From the NCBI GenBank assembly GCA_965140785.1, contig OZ223496.1:1-64000 (forward strand): DNA of 64,000 bases, in the 5' to 3' direction. Positions 61,363 through 64,000 of this stretch are shown here, in pieces. Under the pieces are notes generated by a model, which was not told the origin of the DNA, did no database searches, and worked only from the letters and a program-made list of their open reading frames with translations. The DNA is from an uncultured Ruficoccus sp. GTDB lineage: Bacteria > Verrucomicrobiota > Verrucomicrobiia > Opitutales > Cerasicoccaceae. Within the stretch, counting starts at the first letter, position 1, and each line of letters starts with the position of its first letter. The position numbers and the translations under genes were made by a program.

Positions 61363-62655
61363 TTATTGCTCCTCGATCTCTTCTGGATTCAGGCCCCATA
61401 AAAGCATCGTGTGGGGTATGAGCTTAACGGGTTCGTAGGGGCGCTCCCGGATCTCGCGCACACAGGCCAGAAGCTTCTCGTTATCAGGATAACGGTAGGC
61501 GGCTAACTCAAAGATGCCCGGTGAGTCGCCAGCCTTGCCGATGCGCTCGTCTTCCCCGATATAATAACCACCTTGGATAGAACTGTCTCCGGTGCGGTAG
61601 AATTCGCAATAAAAGGCATGCGAGAGCTCAAGGTTTTCTCCGCCCGGAGCCGTGTAATGATAGAGATCGATGCCGTTATTATAAAGCGCCTCGGCCGCAA
61701 TAGTCAAGAGCTTGAGGCTGAGATTCGTGTATTGGAGTCCTTTTCCTCCCGGATGGGGGGGATTTGTTCGGGCCGTATCGTGACGATAGCGATCATAAAT
61801 TTCACCGGGGCTGACCGGGTAATTACCCCTCTCCCGGTGATGTCGCTCATCCCCCGGCATGAGAATAGTGCCGCTATAGAGTTCCATGATGTCCCGGTCA
61901 TTATCCGGATGGTCGAGGGCGTATTGCGCCATCTCCCGGTCACCGATAGCGAGGCCGGCGATGAGTATCCCCATGCTTTTGGCGACCTCATGATTTTGGT
62001 AGTCCTGCTGATTGAAATAGTCATTGTCCTTCCAGACTTGCTGGCTGGCCTTAATTTCCTCGACGATCTCACGCGTCCATTCCTCAAAGCGTTCCCGATC
62101 CCCCTCGGTCATCATCTCGTGATTGTACAGTAAATCATAGCCGATGGCGACCGGCACATAGCCACGTGCCAGAACCATGCCCTGACCGGGGCCGTTAATG
62201 GTCCCACGCAGGTCCAGTGCAATCATTTCGCGCAGCAACTCGATTGCCTGACGCGCATAGGCATCATTGCCATCGAGCTGATAACCGAGCGCCAAACTAT
62301 AGATCAAGTGCCCATCGGCACTCATTGGCTTGAAGAGCTTTTCATTGTTCGCCAGCGGCTTCGTTTGAACATCCAGCACGATACCGTCGCGCTTCATGCC
62401 ATTTGCGATGAAAATATCGAGGCGAGTTTTCGCTGCCTGCCAGGCAGGATCACCGGATTGATAACGTTGCCGGGCGCGCTCCAGTGTTTCCGAGGTAATC
62501 AACAGGCGCGGGTGTGGTGTGTCGATCGGCCCGATTAGAACCGGACGCGTCTCGGGCACCACGGGCGTTTCGGCCGGGGCTGCCAAGAGTGCAGAGCAAT
62601 TAAAAGCAAAAATCAGGCATGTGCTGAGCACGGTTTTACGGATTGGGTTTCTCAT
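61363..62655 (-). CDS. Secreted alginate-lyase-fold (alpha/alpha toroid) protein
   Basis: Signal peptide from MRNPIRK, HPRLL, LALGYQL.G...YA..A, QNH and LQY motifs. Confidence 0.65.
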   Translation of the reverse strand: MRNPIRKTVLSTCLIFAFNCSALLAAPAETPVVPETRPVLIGPIDTPHPRLLITSETLERARQRYQSGDPAWQAAKTRLDIFIANGMKRDGIVLDVQTKPLANNEKLFKPMSADGHLIYSLALGYQLDGNDAYARQAIELLREMIALDLRGTINGPGQGMVLARGYVPVAIGYDLLYNHEMMTEGDRERFEEWTREIVEEIKASQQVWKDNDYFNQQDYQNHEVAKSMGILIAGLAIGDREMAQYALDHPDNDRDIMELYSGTILMPGDERHHRERGNYPVSPGEIYDRYRHDTARTNPPHPGGKGLQYTNLSLKLLTIAAEALYNNGIDLYHYTAPGGENLELSHAFYCEFYRTGDSSIQGGYYIGEDERIGKAGDSPGIFELAAYRYPDNEKLLACVREIRERPYEPVKLIPHTMLLWGLNPEEIEEQ

Positions 62656-62684
62656 GTGGGCAAAGGATTTTATGGATGCAGCTT

Positions 62685-64000
62685 CTATGGGTTCGTAATC
62701 GTCAGCTCGCGGGCACTCAGCAGCCTGACAGGCCCCAGCAAGCCAGCTGGTTGCAATGGACTTCGGGCAGACCAATGCTTCCAGGTTGTGAGTGTTTGCC
62801 GGTCTGTGGGGCGTTTTATAGATGGATTCGTGAGCCATTCCGGCCATTGTGTAATATCCTTGTCACGGTTGCGCGGAAGATCGTCCGGGTAGAGGCGCTC
62901 ATCGCCAATCATACGGTTCGGCAGCGTATTGGTTACGTCGACTTCCAGCTCATTCAGGCCGGGCCTTGCAAAATCTGTGATATCCAAACGATACGGAGGC
63001 ATCCACACGAGCCCGGCGTCCTGGCCGTTGACGCGTACTCTGCCCATCACTGCGAGGTCGCCCAAATCCAGCCACAGCCGCTGACCCGGCGCCAGTCTTT
63101 CGGCGGGAATTTCTATGTTGGCTTGATAGGTAGCCGTCCCCGAGAAATACCGAACCGCATCATCCGGATGGTCGGATAGGGAAATCAGTTGGTCCAACTC
63201 AATGCTATGCGCATCGTCTTCATGGGTGGGTAAGATAACTGTCCAGCCTCCTTCATGGCTGATGGGCTCGGGAACGCGGATATCTGCGACGCGCACTTCG
63301 TCACTGCCCAAGAATTGCAGCTGGTACTTTCCCGATTGGAAGAGCGTCGCGAGCGCATTGCCGTCGACCGCACGCTCAAGACTGAACGGTGGCAAGTCAA
63401 AGCCTGTCGTGACAGATGGACCATCAGCCAGTTGCAATGGCCCCCCAACGAGACCGAAGGTTTCAAGAACCGGAGCCGAAACCTCGGCCTCGGTCTGAGG
63501 ACGGAAAACAATGAAAGTGGATTCCCCCGGCCCAAGCGAAAGTGGCAAATGCGTCACTCCGCCAGCACTATGATACTGAACCAACTTGACTCGCTCCCCA
63601 GTGACCGGATTCCATTGCTCCGGAGTACCATTGGCCCGAAAGCCAACCTGCGCCGTCAGTTCCTGGTCGGCTGTATTCGCCAGGAAATAAACGTCCAGTC
63701 CGGGCTCCTCAACGAATACATGCCGCCAGAGCACTCTGCGCGCATCCTTCAGCCCTTCGGCTTCGATCTGGAAATCAGGAACCACGCCCTCATCCTCAAG
63801 GATTTTTGCCATGTTATCCGCCACGGTCACAGGCGCATTCACCGATTGATCCTCCAGCAGGTAGACGCGCCCCTTTCCATAGTGATGCGGTTTTTCCAGA
63901 GTAGCCTCTCCCCACAATTCTTTTGCCATTTCGGCGACGCGTTCGTTGGCCGCGGGGCCTCCGCTGAGGCTCGGCGTCGCCAGAGGTGGAACTCCCATAA
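62685..64000 (-). CDS. C-terminal part of a GH106-like (alpha-L-rhamnosidase-type) glycoside hydrolase
   Basis: YFLAN, PEQWNPVTG, YFSGTATY, LDLG...VRVNG...WMPPYRLDIT, VTNTLPNRMIGD, AGLLGPV; start lies beyond the window. Confidence 0.8.
   Translation of the reverse strand, partial: MGVPPLATPSLSGGPAANERVAEMAKELWGEATLEKPHHYGKGRVYLLEDQSVNAPVTVADNMAKILEDEGVVPDFQIEAEGLKDARRVLWRHVFVEEPGLDVYFLANTADQELTAQVGFRANGTPEQWNPVTGERVKLVQYHSAGGVTHLPLSLGPGESTFIVFRPQTEAEVSAPVLETFGLVGGPLQLADGPSVTTGFDLPPFSLERAVDGNALATLFQSGKYQLQFLGSDEVRVADIRVPEPISHEGGWTVILPTHEDDAHSIELDQLISLSDHPDDAVRYFSGTATYQANIEIPAERLAPGQRLWLDLGDLAVMGRVRVNGQDAGLVWMPPYRLDITDFARPGLNELEVDVTNTLPNRMIGDERLYPDDLPRNRDKDITQWPEWLTNPSIKRPTDRQTLTTWKHWSARSPLQPAGLLGPVRLLSARELTITNP

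Overview
GC-rich bacterial chromosome segment, most consistent with Verrucomicrobiota (Opitutales-like). The lineage is an inference from the PEP-CTERM protein, the X9-DG prepilin and the PilX-like cassette. Bases 1-12.2 kb hold an exopolysaccharide/O-antigen glycosyltransferase cluster. Bases 12.3-46.9 kb are mostly core genes (cysI, cdd, tsaD, S41 protease, yicC, trpB, RsbU/STAS pair, acnA, tyrS, zwf-opcA-pgl, yraN, rsfS, nadD, an alternative sigma-70, exoD), plus a pilin-like gene cassette and several repeat- or hairpin-rich intergenic regions. At 46941-46982 a tRNA-Leu(CAA) gene is cut just after its anticodon loop and is followed by arm-site-like direct repeats. This marks the edge of a lower-GC genomic island that runs to the end of the window. 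The island carries decayed or frameshifted genes, an IS3-family element broken by three short hairpin-forming micro-insertions, a 162-bp MITE, and a polysaccharide-utilisation locus (PL8 lyase, alginate-lyase-fold protein, GH106-like hydrolase, SSS transporter, LacI) that has a pilin-like gene and a PEP-CTERM gene and no SusC/D pair in the window. All family calls come from motifs recognised by eye; no database search was run.
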